In this document: positions 37,212 to 47,996 of the stretch, in pieces
Numbering within the stretch: the first letter of the stretch is position 1
Layout of the letters: the number at the start of each line of letters is the position of its first letter
Assembly: GCA_040285745.1 (NCBI GenBank)
Contig: JAUFOR010000002.1
Coordinates: 496,001 to 560,000 of the forward strand
DNA: 64,000 bases
Source of the DNA: Barthelona sp. PCE
Lineage: Eukaryota
Direction: 5' to 3'
The notes under the pieces: model-generated
Seen by the model: the letters and a program-made list of their open reading frames with translations, nothing else
What the model was told of the DNA's origin: nothing
Database searches by the model: none
Position numbers and translations under genes: made by a program

Positions 37212-39275
37212 ATGTCTTTATTTGAAGAGTTAGGGCTTGGGAACGCACTTGCATCAGCTTTTTCACATCCAAAAACAATCCAAGAAGAAGTTATCCCCGC
37301 AATCTTATCTTATCGCGATATTTCGTATCATTCAAGCACAGGTTCTGGCAAAACTGCTGCTTTCACATTGCCTATTTCACAGTTAGTCGCTGAAACTGTG
37401 GAAATGGCAAGTAGTTTTGTTGTAGAAGAATCCGGCTCTTATCCCCATTCAGATTTCTTTGAATCTGAAATTCTGCAGTTATGTGGGGGTGCTTCATGGA
37501 CGGGTGTACGTGCTAAACATGGATTCTACATGAATTCATCTTTAAAAGGCGAAGTTTCTTTCTCTGTCAATATTGTTGAAATGGATGAGGGTAGTATTCT
37601 AAGAGTTGGTTTCAGCGGTATATGTGACGAGCTAAATTTAAAAAGATATGGGTTTGGAGGAACGGGAATGAGTGTAATTGATTTTAATTTTGTGAAATTC
37701 GGTTGCACTTTTGGTGAAGGTGATGTAGTATCAGCTACACTTGACCTTGCAAGTAGGTTACTTGTTTTTGCTGTCAATGGTCGTGAATTTGATGCTATCG
37801 AAGTGAAAAATTATCAGTGCTTATATCCTCACATTTCGCACAAGGGATGCGCAACAGTAACTGCCAATGTAACTGTAGATGCCAATATTGTGCATGACGC
37901 TGGCTTATACGGTGCAATTGATGGTCTTCAGCATATTACAAACAGCAACCGACGACCTACTTGTTTAACAGTTTTACCTACAAAAGAACTCGCTTCACAG
38001 GTTGCAAACGTGTATCGCCAACACGCTGAGCTTGCATCTGATCAGCTAACCGTTACTGACACTGCTTCCAGGAACCGTAATCCTTTCTGTGACATTCTTG
38101 TCGGTACCCTCGGTTCTCTTTTAAGTTTAGATAAGAACGTGTACACTGATGTCAAACATGTTGTTATTGATGAAGCTGACTCGTTTGTTGATGATATCGA
38201 TGGATTAAAACGTTTGTTGAATATGTTAAATTTTGCACATACTATACAATATATTTTGTGTTCAGCCACTCTTTTTGGGAACGAGCATCTGGATGCGCTG
38301 AAGAATCAATTACTAACCACCCCAGTTGAAATTGTTCTTGAAGGAGACGACGATGTTCCTCCTCTTGAAGTATTCATGGTTCGTGTACCTCCTGGCGAGC
38401 AAAATGGTGAATGGAACCAGTGCGTTCTTGAAGATAAAACAATTAATATGGAGAAAAGTACAGATGGGATATACTCCATTGCTAGGCGAAAGAATGAGTT
38501 AACAAACGAGCTCGTCACATCTCAGAGTTCAATTTATGAAAAGTATCGCATGACTGTGGAGCTTGTTAATAGATTAAAGTTTAACTCGGCAATTATTTTT
38601 GTTCGGACACGTTTGGATGCCATGAATCTTTCCAAGCTATTCAAATTAGCAAGTGGAAGCGATTTTTTTACCTTTGAGCATGAAGTTCTACAAGGCGGAA
38701 AAAGAACTAATGAGAGGAGAGATGCTTTGAACAAGTTTCGCAATGGTGAGACAAGGATTCTTATTGCTACCGATGTTGCTGCACGTGGCCTTGATGTTTC
38801 CAACGTTGAAGTTGTCTTTTCACTAACAATGCCTGATAAAATGTTGCAATTCATTCACCGAATGGGAAGAACTGGTCGTAATGGTTGTTGTGGCATCGTT
38901 ATTTCTTTAATAAGTGAAGTACCACTCCGAGTTTGGTATCATACTTGCAAGAACAAGGGATATGATGGTAAATGTGAGAGAATTCATGATGTTAGCAACA
39001 AAGGTTGTTGTATTTGGTACGATGAGATTAAAAAAGTTGAAGAAATTAGTGCAAAATTGAAGCAGTTGGATATTAAAACAGTTTCGTCTGATCAATTAAG
39101 GGAAAAAATTGAAGAAATCAACTCAAAAATGCGTACTGTATATGGGTTTGAAAAGACTGAAGTTGTTGAAGAAGATGTAGTTGATCCTTCTCACCGTATA
39201 GCCAGGGAAGTTCTCCAGAAGAAATACCTGAATGCTCAAAATTTATTCTTCCAACTACAACAACTCACTTCATAA
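37212..39275 (+). CDS. DDX1: DEAD-box helicase DDX1 (SPRY insertion)
   Basis: TGSGKTAAF, SPRY insert (WTGVRA..LRVGFS..YGFGGTG..FGEGDVV), DEAD, SAT, ATDVAARGLD, HRMGRTGR, VWYHTC...GCCIWYDE. Confidence 0.92.
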   Translation: MSLFEELGLGNALASAFSHPKTIQEEVIPAILSYRDISYHSSTGSGKTAAFTLPISQLVAETVEMASSFVVEESGSYPHSDFFESEILQLCGGASWTGVRAKHGFYMNSSLKGEVSFSVNIVEMDEGSILRVGFSGICDELNLKRYGFGGTGMSVIDFNFVKFGCTFGEGDVVSATLDLASRLLVFAVNGREFDAIEVKNYQCLYPHISHKGCATVTANVTVDANIVHDAGLYGAIDGLQHITNSNRRPTCLTVLPTKELASQVANVYRQHAELASDQLTVTDTASRNRNPFCDILVGTLGSLLSLDKNVYTDVKHVVIDEADSFVDDIDGLKRLLNMLNFAHTIQYILCSATLFGNEHLDALKNQLLTTPVEIVLEGDDDVPPLEVFMVRVPPGEQNGEWNQCVLEDKTINMEKSTDGIYSIARRKNELTNELVTSQSSIYEKYRMTVELVNRLKFNSAIIFVRTRLDAMNLSKLFKLASGSDFFTFEHEVLQGGKRTNERRDALNKFRNGETRILIATDVAARGLDVSNVEVVFSLTMPDKMLQFIHRMGRTGRNGCCGIVISLISEVPLRVWYHTCKNKGYDGKCERIHDVSNKGCCIWYDEIKKVEEISAKLKQLDIKTVSSDQLREKIEEINSKMRTVYGFEKTEVVEEDVVDPSHRIAREVLQKKYLNAQNLFFQLQQLTS

Positions 39276-39422
39276 TTTAATATCGCTAAAATTACATTAG
39301 TGTGTGGTGTATCGGGAACCTTAAGGTGTATTTTTTAATTTAAAAGCTTGTAAATAAGATAGTTTGATTGTTTTTGCGATTATTTCCCTTTTCATTCATT
39401 CGGTCTTTTATTGGGTATATCC

Positions 39423-41630
39423 ATGTTTGAAGTATACAGCAATAAACGCCTTATTATTGTTGCGCGCTTTTGCGAAGAAGAGGGGAAGTACCAAATTTTT
39501 AAAGTGATTAAGAAGTCGATTAAGGACTATGATCCCAATTTAGGCATGAAAGATCTTTTGTTTCAGAATGATATGGTGTACGATCGTGAACAGTTCGATA
39601 GATTGCTGAGTCAAGCAAGAAGACTGAAGCTTATTGGAACTTTCTCTGTTTTACTGGGTCTAATCAGGTTTTCCCAGGGATATTATTTGATGTTTGCACA
39701 ACAAAAAATGCTGGGGCTTGTATGTGAAAATGAATATTATTCATTGAATGATTTTACTTTCATCCAATGTTTCTCCGATTCTACCACAAGTGATGAGGCC
39801 AAGTACAAGAACCTCTGTCTTTACGCTTTACAAACACAAAACTTTTATTACTCTAATTATGATTTAACATCGAATGTTTTAGACCAGTATCAATTTCCTG
39901 AACGTGTATACACTGATTTATTTTGCTGGAATCATATACAGATTGTTAATGCTCTACAGGTGTTAGATATGAATTGGATCACACCCATGATTAATGGTAG
40001 TGTTGAACATAGAAGATTCTTTCTTTACGGAAAGTACTGTGAATTAATACTTATTTCAAGAAGAACTCGAGAGTATGCCGGAACAAGATACCTAAAACGT
40101 GGTATAAATAGCAGGGGTTACGTTGCAAACGAGGTTGAAACGGAGCAAATCGTATATTGCCCCAATGACAAACTCGTAAGCAGTTATGTACAGATAAGAG
40201 GCAGTATTCCTCTGTTTTGGGGACATAGAGAAACAAAGATCAACCCCAAACCACCAGCAATAGTTCGACTTCAGGATTGGCCACTTACATCTATGAGATT
40301 ACATTTTTCTCAACTATTACATCGATATGGTGAACCACTTTTGTTATTAGATCTTGTCAAGAGTAAGAAGCATACAGGATCAATTGGTGGTGTTGGAGAG
40401 CCGAAGATTTCGAGTGAAGGTCTTTTAGGTGGTCTATATGCATTAGGAGTATCCAATATTAATATGTGGATTGAGGAAGAACATAAAATTCAAATGATGC
40501 GCTTTGATTATTCTACTGCAAAGCACGCTGGTGTGGATTGTCGACGAGTAACGACTGAAATTAGTGAAATGGCTATTAAAAAGACAGGATTTACCATTGT
40601 TAACATTGAAACATCAAAAATTGTTGAGAAACAAAAAGGAATACTTCGAACGAATTGCATAGATTGCCTTGATAGAACTATGGCAGCACAGTTGGCCTCA
40701 GCTGTTGTTGTATTGAAACGTCAGTTTGAAGTTATTGGTGTTCCTTGGTTCAAAGACACAGCTCTCACTCAAATTATTGGTCATATGTATGTTGATAACG
40801 GTGACCACATTGCTTTGCAGTATGGAGGTTCACTTGTGCACGATAAGGAGGGAGCAGGACAAACGAAACGCAGTAAGCTTTTAACCAGCATAACACGATT
40901 TTATTCGAATACATTTACAGATCAACCTAAGCAAGATGGAATCAACATAATCCTTGGGAAATTCAAACCTTGGGAACATGGAGATAATGTTTTATGGAAT
41001 TTTGACAACGATTTGATGCTTCATAATGATCCAGTGTATCAACTACCATTCTTAGATATGTCTGACAACAGCTGGCTGTATCAACCAATTTTAAAGAGTA
41101 TGCCTCATTATCAAAGTGTTGTTCCAGACTCTTTCATTGTGCTTAAGCAAGAAATTACAAAAAAGAAGAGTGATAAAGTCTTAAAAAAGAAATATGTAGA
41201 TTTTTCTGACATGGATCCACTTGTGTCCAGCTTGTTTATTATGAACCCACCTCAAGCTGACAGTGATGATGAGGAAATGGAAACAGAAGAAGAATCCATT
41301 ATGAAATCAAAGATTAGTGAGTTAGAACTTGTTATAACAGATTCAAAATATGTTGAAAAATCGGTAATACAAGAGAGTCAGAGTTATCATGATGAATATT
41401 TCAAGTACGTAACAAAATTAAATAATGTTATTTCTGAAACAAATGAGTCAAAACTGGAAAAATTGGAAAATTTTCAGCATTATTTACAAATTGATTACGA
41501 AGACTTGTGTAATAATGGAATGATGTTCAAAAATCAACAACCAATTGCAAAGAAATCAAAAATGAATGATTTCCATCAAGAAATTCTTTACGTTCAATCA
41601 CGATATTTGAAGAGAAAAAAGAACAAATGA
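39423..41630 (+). CDS. FIG4: SAC-domain PI(3,5)P2 5-phosphatase
   Basis: AGTRYLKRG...VANEVETEQI, SSYVQIRGSIPLFW, RTNCIDCLDRT (CX5R), GDHIALQYGGS, RFYSNTFTD..KQ..IN..LG. Confidence 0.9.
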   Translation: MFEVYSNKRLIIVARFCEEEGKYQIFKVIKKSIKDYDPNLGMKDLLFQNDMVYDREQFDRLLSQARRLKLIGTFSVLLGLIRFSQGYYLMFAQQKMLGLVCENEYYSLNDFTFIQCFSDSTTSDEAKYKNLCLYALQTQNFYYSNYDLTSNVLDQYQFPERVYTDLFCWNHIQIVNALQVLDMNWITPMINGSVEHRRFFLYGKYCELILISRRTREYAGTRYLKRGINSRGYVANEVETEQIVYCPNDKLVSSYVQIRGSIPLFWGHRETKINPKPPAIVRLQDWPLTSMRLHFSQLLHRYGEPLLLLDLVKSKKHTGSIGGVGEPKISSEGLLGGLYALGVSNINMWIEEEHKIQMMRFDYSTAKHAGVDCRRVTTEISEMAIKKTGFTIVNIETSKIVEKQKGILRTNCIDCLDRTMAAQLASAVVVLKRQFEVIGVPWFKDTALTQIIGHMYVDNGDHIALQYGGSLVHDKEGAGQTKRSKLLTSITRFYSNTFTDQPKQDGINIILGKFKPWEHGDNVLWNFDNDLMLHNDPVYQLPFLDMSDNSWLYQPILKSMPHYQSVVPDSFIVLKQEITKKKSDKVLKKKYVDFSDMDPLVSSLFIMNPPQADSDDEEMETEEESIMKSKISELELVITDSKYVEKSVIQESQSYHDEYFKYVTKLNNVISETNESKLEKLENFQHYLQIDYEDLCNNGMMFKNQQPIAKKSKMNDFHQEILYVQSRYLKRKKNK

Positions 41631-41634
41631 TGGA

Positions 41635-42290
41635 TTAACAACCACAACCACCATCAACATTAATATTTGATCCTCCAGTAATATCAAAACCATCATCATC
41701 AACATCATCATCCATGGGATTAGCAATTCGTTGTTTGAGAATAGACTCTGCTAAACTGGTGAAAGCAAGGTCTACATTCTCTGCAGTCTTAGCTGAAGTT
41801 TCCAAAAACATCATTTGATGTTGTTTAGCAAAGGCTTCGGCCTCTTCTGAAGGAACACAATATTCACTTTCTAAATCAATCTTATTACCAACAAGGAGCA
41901 GTAAAACATCATCAGCAGCGTGTTTCTTAATCTCATTCAACCAAAACTTAACATTTTCAAAAGTTTCACGATTTGATGTATCATAGATGACAACAATACC
42001 ATTAGAACCGTTATAATATGATGTAGAAATCGATCTGTAACGGTCCTGGCCTGCGGTATCCCAAATTTGTAAACATATAACAAGATTTTCCAATTCGATC
42101 ATTCTAATCTTGAAATCGACACCAATAGTACAAACAAAGCGTTCTGTGAAGATGTTGTCACTGAATCTATTGAGCAAACATGATTTACCTGAAAGTGAGC
42201 AAATGACCCATAAAAAACATATTTTTAAAACATACCAACAGCAGAATCACCTACCAACATGAGCTTAAATAAATAGTCGTGGTCACTCAT
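41635..42290 (-). CDS. Rab1-like small GTPase. Exons 42290-42236 and 42188-41635.
   Basis: Spliced N-terminus MSDHDYLFKLMLVGDSAVGKSCLL, TIGVDFK, WDTAGQ, GNKID, ETSAK, C-terminal CGC. Confidence 0.92.
42189..42235 (-). other. Spliceosomal intron, 47 nt (Rab)
   Basis: GTATGT...GCTCACTTTCAG. Removal restores the P-loop GDSAVGKS. Confidence 0.92.
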
Positions 42291-42392
42291 TAAAAAAAAT
42301 ACTTAGAAAAGGGAGAAAGAAAAGTAGCAAGTTCTTAGTAACTCGATTTCACCCCATTTCACCTTTTTGTTTGAGATTGTTGTTATACACCA

Positions 42393-43472
42393 ATGGAAGA
42401 CCAATCCAACACAATTTTTACAGTACTTAAGCACCCTTTCGATGAAGAAAAGCAATTTTCTTGTAGTATTCCTTTAAATGCAGAAACAAATACACTGTTT
42501 GAGGTTATATGCACCTACGATGAGGGCCTTTCAGATAAGAATCTTCGATTTCTAGTTAATGATATTCTACTTGTTACTTCAATTGAAGAACATTGTGAGA
42601 AATTTGATATTTCAACTGAAGAAACACTGACAATTGTCGCATTCGAGCCGGAGCTCATTCCTGAAAACCACACAAAAATTTCTCAACCAGATTGGATTTC
42701 ACGAATTAAGTCAAATGATGAATTTTTAATGGTTGGTTGCTTTGATGGCACTTTCAATGTCTATGACACAGACCTAAATGAAGTTTTTTCACACACATTT
42801 GAATCGAGGATAGTTGATTTTGTTTTAATTGACATTGACCTTTATGTTTTATTAGAAGAAGGTTATTTTGTTAAATATGACACAGACAGGCACAAGGAAC
42901 GCACTAGATTGTCTTTAAGTATCTTACCTACAAGCATTGCAGTTTGTGAAAAGCTTATACTCATTGGTGATGAAAGCGGTAATATTTCTTTTATTTCTAC
43001 CAGCTCAGGCAACGTTCTCGTTGTCAGGAACGTTTCTTCAAGCCCTATTGTTCGTATTTTCATTCATAATGAAGAATTTTATGCTGTATCTGATGCACTC
43101 ACACGTTTTTCATTACAAGACAGTGTTCGGTTATCATCATTGGCTCTTAAAACATCTACCCACGCGGACATCAACACAAAAGACTCTTTATTCGCTGTCA
43201 GTACATGTGACGGACGTGTATGTGTTGTCACTCATGGTGAGCGTAAGATGGTTAGCAGATCAGTACATTCTGGATTCCCTGTCGCTACCTTCACAAACCA
43301 AGGTGTTGTTACATGTGATTATGATGGAGTTCTTCGAGTTTTCTCAGAAAAGGCTATTGTACCGTTATCAGAAGCAAATATTGCTCATGGAAAGGTGTTT
43401 GACATTACAACATTCAATGGATCAATTGCTCTTGGTGGTGAAGATAGAACCCTGCATGTGCTTCACAAGTAA
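42393..43472 (+). CDS. WDR12: Ribosome biogenesis WD40 protein Ytm1/WDR12-like
   Basis: NLE domain (FLVNDILL.TS......ISTEETLTI), PDWISRI, WD repeats ending GGEDRTL. Confidence 0.72.
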   Translation: MEDQSNTIFTVLKHPFDEEKQFSCSIPLNAETNTLFEVICTYDEGLSDKNLRFLVNDILLVTSIEEHCEKFDISTEETLTIVAFEPELIPENHTKISQPDWISRIKSNDEFLMVGCFDGTFNVYDTDLNEVFSHTFESRIVDFVLIDIDLYVLLEEGYFVKYDTDRHKERTRLSLSILPTSIAVCEKLILIGDESGNISFISTSSGNVLVVRNVSSSPIVRIFIHNEEFYAVSDALTRFSLQDSVRLSSLALKTSTHADINTKDSLFAVSTCDGRVCVVTHGERKMVSRSVHSGFPVATFTNQGVVTCDYDGVLRVFSEKAIVPLSEANIAHGKVFDITTFNGSIALGGEDRTLHVLHK

Positions 43473-43534
43473 ATTTGTTTTTGCGTTTTTCTTTCTTTTT
43501 CGCATTTTTATTTTAAAAATTGTGCCATTAGTGC

Positions 43535-46117
43535 ATGTCTCAATTCCCAGAATTCATAATTTTGTCAGAATTCTGTCAAAAAGACGGGGCACAACCAATT
43601 TTTCTTTTCCCTCAGCACATAGAGCAAGAACTTCATCGTCACAATGTGCCTACGATTGTCCCGACCGTCGTATCTCGAGTAATGTCAATCGAAACGAAGA
43701 ACCAATCTGATTTAGTTTCAAGTGATTCTCAGTTATTGGTAGATTTCGATAATCAGGAGATCTCTTGTTTCGTTCACCACTTTTCTCTTTCAGACATTGA
43801 AGCACGTGGTTATACACGTACATGTGCCCTGATATATGTTTCAAGTGATTTACAGAAGTGTCTTTTATGTAAGGATGAGTTGTCGTACAGCTTCCAGTGC
43901 ATATCTGATGCCCTGAAAGCATCCAATTCTATTCAATTCATGTATGACTTGACATTTCGCTTACACAGTATGAGGCACACCCAAACTCGTGTTTCCGACA
44001 AGTTAGAGCGCTTGAGGCGGGGCGAAGACATATCAGATGATGTGGAAAACGTAATGCCGCAAAGAAAACCAGCTGCACCACCAAAAAAATCATCATTCAG
44101 TTTTACTGTCCGTATAGATCCTCTGAAGAAGCTTGATATGCTGGAAAGTGAGCTAGATGCAAGTATGGAATTGCTTTATCGCCTTCTTGAAGTCCATCTG
44201 AAGAGACTAGCATCAGTATATGTCTCTAACCCTCTCAATGTATTTGGAGAATATGAGACTCGCAGTGGCTATTATCATAGCGGCATCATACCGGATCCAA
44301 AACATCTTTTAGGACTGTGGACAGAGCATAACATTGACTATAAGGCTCTTTTTACGTTACCTTCCAATTCTATGCGTGATGTTTTAAGAAATAGTGTGCC
44401 TAAGACCGATACAGTACACACACTAAGCATTTTTGATGATGATATCACGTTGGTTGATACAGATGGGTCACTTGATAGTGATTATGACAAGCATACACTT
44501 GATCACGTAGTTTCTCCAATTGGTGGTTTGCTTGGCAGTAGAGCACCAGAACCGGGTCGCTTACTGGAGTTCACAATGGAAATGGATCCAACTGGGTTTT
44601 CGTTGGAGAATGAGGAAAAAATTCATTCCATCTTTGGACAGTTTACGATTGAAAGATTCGTACCGTTTTATTTGGACACTATTACCAAAAACAATAGTGA
44701 AAAACTTGAAACTATTGACAAAATCACACAACTCACATTTGACGTTGTGCAAACTGTACTTTATAGATTGCTTAATGTTGTATCTCGCCCTCTTGATGTG
44801 AATTTCTTTGAGAGAGTGGAGGGTATAGATAATCTCTCCAATAGTACAGTTGAGTGGTATGGTGTTGTTGCAGAATACAAGCAAAAACGCACAAGACATC
44901 ACTTTAATTTCACAGAAAATATCACTTTGGAGAATGCAGAACTGCAAAAACCATGGAGTCATTCTGTTACTAAAGAGGACAAATGTTTTTTGATTTTTGC
45001 GCGTTTTGTGGCTTTGCATGTTCCAGATATTATAGTTCGTAACAGAGATATTGAGGTTTTACCAACAGACAGATTACGTTCTCCAAGTGACTTATCTACG
45101 TTATCGCTGATATCTTCCAGCAGTAATTTTTCTTTGCCAACTAAACACTTCATATCATCCCCATTACAAAGGACTAGATCTGATCTCCATGTTGATAAGA
45201 AATCAACGTGGTATAATCAGGAGTTTACATATTACTCATTTACTGAGTTATTTTCAGATACTCCTACTTATAGTGTAATGGACTATTTAAATGTTTCAGA
45301 ATCAAATACTGGACGTTCAATGCCTGCTTTTGATGAAGATGAAAGTTGTTCAATGAATCTGACAATGCATGAAGAACTGATTACGGATATTTTTGCTCCA
45401 GATTTGTGTCTTGAAGCATACAAAGCTTCTATCCCCAGCTTAATTGAGTTGTTCGATAGACTTGGTGCAGAAAACTTCATATCTGCCATTTATACAATTC
45501 TTTGCGGTGAAATATTGGTAATTATTGAGCAAGATATTTCAATTTTGCGCAGTTTTGTAACCGCTTTAAGCTTTTTCATCCCAACAAGTAACTACATTGA
45601 TCTCAACACACGTATTATACTTGGTCACAACGCTTTTGGTCTTAAAGATAAAGATCTAGCAAATATTAGTCTTATTGGATTACAATCTAGCACCAACTGT
45701 GGATTTTTAGGTGATGTTTACATGCTAGATTTTCATGAAAATTCTTTTAAGTTGAAAAATTATACTAGTGGCATACTGTTAGATTTGTTATCATTTTTTG
45801 AGATTTCATTCCGTTCTACAGCAAAAGATTTATTGGTTAGTCTTATTCAAAAGGTTTTGTTTGAATTGAGTAATAAGACATGTACATTATTGGGTCGAAA
45901 TTTCGATCGTAATAAGAATGTTAGAGCTGTAATTGAAGAAGACATTAATGAAACATTTTTGTCTTCTAATGATTTAGAAATTGTCAAGTATCTGAGTTGT
46001 ATTATGACTTATCCTCGTCTGAAAAACTTCAAAACTGTTTTAGAATATGGGATATCATCTCCAATTGTTTTGAAGCTTGATCTGGATGATATAGATGAAG
46101 AAGCGAGTGAAACATAG
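43535..46117 (+). CDS. SMCR8: Longin/DENN protein, SMCR8-like (folliculin family)
   Basis: ILSEFCQKDGAQP, RVMSI, FVHHFSLSDIEARGYTRTCALIYVSSD, AIYTILCGEILVI. Closer to SMCR8 than FLCN motifs. Confidence 0.68.
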   Translation: MSQFPEFIILSEFCQKDGAQPIFLFPQHIEQELHRHNVPTIVPTVVSRVMSIETKNQSDLVSSDSQLLVDFDNQEISCFVHHFSLSDIEARGYTRTCALIYVSSDLQKCLLCKDELSYSFQCISDALKASNSIQFMYDLTFRLHSMRHTQTRVSDKLERLRRGEDISDDVENVMPQRKPAAPPKKSSFSFTVRIDPLKKLDMLESELDASMELLYRLLEVHLKRLASVYVSNPLNVFGEYETRSGYYHSGIIPDPKHLLGLWTEHNIDYKALFTLPSNSMRDVLRNSVPKTDTVHTLSIFDDDITLVDTDGSLDSDYDKHTLDHVVSPIGGLLGSRAPEPGRLLEFTMEMDPTGFSLENEEKIHSIFGQFTIERFVPFYLDTITKNNSEKLETIDKITQLTFDVVQTVLYRLLNVVSRPLDVNFFERVEGIDNLSNSTVEWYGVVAEYKQKRTRHHFNFTENITLENAELQKPWSHSVTKEDKCFLIFARFVALHVPDIIVRNRDIEVLPTDRLRSPSDLSTLSLISSSSNFSLPTKHFISSPLQRTRSDLHVDKKSTWYNQEFTYYSFTELFSDTPTYSVMDYLNVSESNTGRSMPAFDEDESCSMNLTMHEELITDIFAPDLCLEAYKASIPSLIELFDRLGAENFISAIYTILCGEILVIIEQDISILRSFVTALSFFIPTSNYIDLNTRIILGHNAFGLKDKDLANISLIGLQSSTNCGFLGDVYMLDFHENSFKLKNYTSGILLDLLSFFEISFRSTAKDLLVSLIQKVLFELSNKTCTLLGRNFDRNKNVRAVIEEDINETFLSSNDLEIVKYLSCIMTYPRLKNFKTVLEYGISSPIVLKLDLDDIDEEASET

Positions 46118-46404
46118 CATGATTTTTCTTTTATGTGATGCTTTTTTATGAAGAAAACTGTTTTAGCTCAAATTTTAGGTTTTTTAATTTTAATTGTTTT
46201 ACTATGTATCAATGTTTGACTCAGAATTTCCTTTTTCTGAGTTTGATTCATTTTTGCTTGATAGATAAATTGGTTCAGATAATAAACTGCTTGTTAAGTT
46301 AAGTAATTCGTTTTGCAAATCATACCCATCTCACAAATATTTAACCTGATACTGAGGTTAAAATTCCATATAGAAGCACTGATTTCTATAATTTTTTTGC
46401 GATT

Positions 46405-47967
46405 ATGAAAGAAGTAAGGTCTTTTTTATTTTTGCTCATCTTATTTTGCAGTTCTGTGTGCAGATCGTATTATTATGTACCGCCACCAATCAAGAAACCG
46501 ACATTTGCATGTGATGGATTTCCTGAAATGATACATAAGCGTCAGTTATCTTTAAATGAAGTTAAAAACGCACTTAAAGATATTAAAACGGTTAAATGCA
46601 ACACGACACACACATTTTTCATCCCTTTACCACCATCTGCATTTGTAGAAAACCACTTGTTATTCGATGAAGTCACTGCATTTGTAAGACATCACCATGG
46701 AGTTGATGAAAGTGCTTGTGAAGTGTCATTGAATCGCATAACACGAGGATATGATGTATCTTGTTACTTTTTGGCTCATGGAAAATACGATCTCAGCATT
46801 TTTATATTGCACTCATTTTGTTTTACTTATCCGGTTTTGGAAGGACGTTGTTCAAAAATTAACAATGCTGGATTTATCAAATGCTCGCATAGTGTTCAAG
46901 AAAGGTATAAATCTTGGTATAATGAACTTCGAAGTCAAAGCAAATCAGTTTCGTATACGCATATTTTAAGCATTGAAGAAACTAAAAATTGTTTGAGTGC
47001 AAACAAGGTGAAAACCAGCAGAACATGTACTTTTGACGACCTTACGTTTGATACATCGGTTTATACATCATTATTAAGTACACCTATGGAAGGATTAGAG
47101 AAGAAGCAGATAGAAGAGTATAATCGAGTCAAACCTGGTGGATGTCGAGCAGTTTTCCCGTTTCAGTATCCACAGAACCGCATTCAGTTGTACAATAGGG
47201 AAAAGAAATGCATTGTGGAACGATATTTACACAACAAAAACATAGCGTATCTATCTCCATCACATGGTAGACAGTTACAGAGTCTTTCTTTTCAAAGATA
47301 TAATCTTGACAATATGCTAGATTACAATGGTAATTCAATTACATCACAGAAATTGACTTATTGTCCAATGGACAAAACAAAAATGAATAACAAGGAATTT
47401 AAAAGAAATAATCAAAATTTCAAGCATGTATGGCTTAACCCAACAACAGTGGAGCCAACATCATATAATAGATTTCATGATTATGATCTGGTAGTCTTCA
47501 CGACTGGTCATTGGGAGATGATGGTTCGAACTCTCCCTTCTGAAGTATTTGGGCATATTCAAAAGGTGTTACATAATGCTATGAGCAAATCAGATCCACC
47601 TATGTTAATATTAGGTGATCCTGTCACTCTAAAAGATCGTAGTCCCAATCATAATCAATATTATGTAACGAAAACTTTGCAAAGAAGCTTTTTAGATCTT
47701 AGAACTACGTGTTTCAAATGCGTCGCGTATTCAAATTATGAAGGATTAGTTAGGAACTTTCATTTTGCGAACAAGGCTGATGACTATCACACTGGATTTG
47801 AGATAATTTTGCCTGTAATGGATTTATTTTCAAAATATTTTGATATTTTACTGAACCAAAGTACCACAAACGATTTATTTGCTCAATTTTCCCATGAATC
47901 ACATATATCTAAAGGAAAATCTGATCAAAATCTTGGTAGTGAACTTTTTACCATGTTGAAGCTTTAA
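46405..47967 (+). CDS. Secreted NXPE/PC-esterase-like (SGNH-type) protein
   Basis: Signal peptide, Ig-like segment, IAYLSPSHGRQL (GDS-like site), DLVVFTTGHW, DDYH (DxxH). Confidence 0.5.
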   Translation: MKEVRSFLFLLILFCSSVCRSYYYVPPPIKKPTFACDGFPEMIHKRQLSLNEVKNALKDIKTVKCNTTHTFFIPLPPSAFVENHLLFDEVTAFVRHHHGVDESACEVSLNRITRGYDVSCYFLAHGKYDLSIFILHSFCFTYPVLEGRCSKINNAGFIKCSHSVQERYKSWYNELRSQSKSVSYTHILSIEETKNCLSANKVKTSRTCTFDDLTFDTSVYTSLLSTPMEGLEKKQIEEYNRVKPGGCRAVFPFQYPQNRIQLYNREKKCIVERYLHNKNIAYLSPSHGRQLQSLSFQRYNLDNMLDYNGNSITSQKLTYCPMDKTKMNNKEFKRNNQNFKHVWLNPTTVEPTSYNRFHDYDLVVFTTGHWEMMVRTLPSEVFGHIQKVLHNAMSKSDPPMLILGDPVTLKDRSPNHNQYYVTKTLQRSFLDLRTTCFKCVAYSNYEGLVRNFHFANKADDYHTGFEIILPVMDLFSKYFDILLNQSTTNDLFAQFSHESHISKGKSDQNLGSELFTMLKL

Positions 47968-47996
47968 ATATCATCAGATATAATTTGTGTAAATTG

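Noticed and set aside
42937-43710. 257-aa alternative-frame ORF overlapping WDR12 and SMCR8
   Set aside because: Shadow frame of two well-supported genes with a non-ATG start and atypical composition.
46322-46378. TPP riboswitch (ATACCC...ACCTGAT)
   Set aside because: No adjacent CTGAGA and no downstream AGG partner. A simple alternative hairpin explains the sequence.
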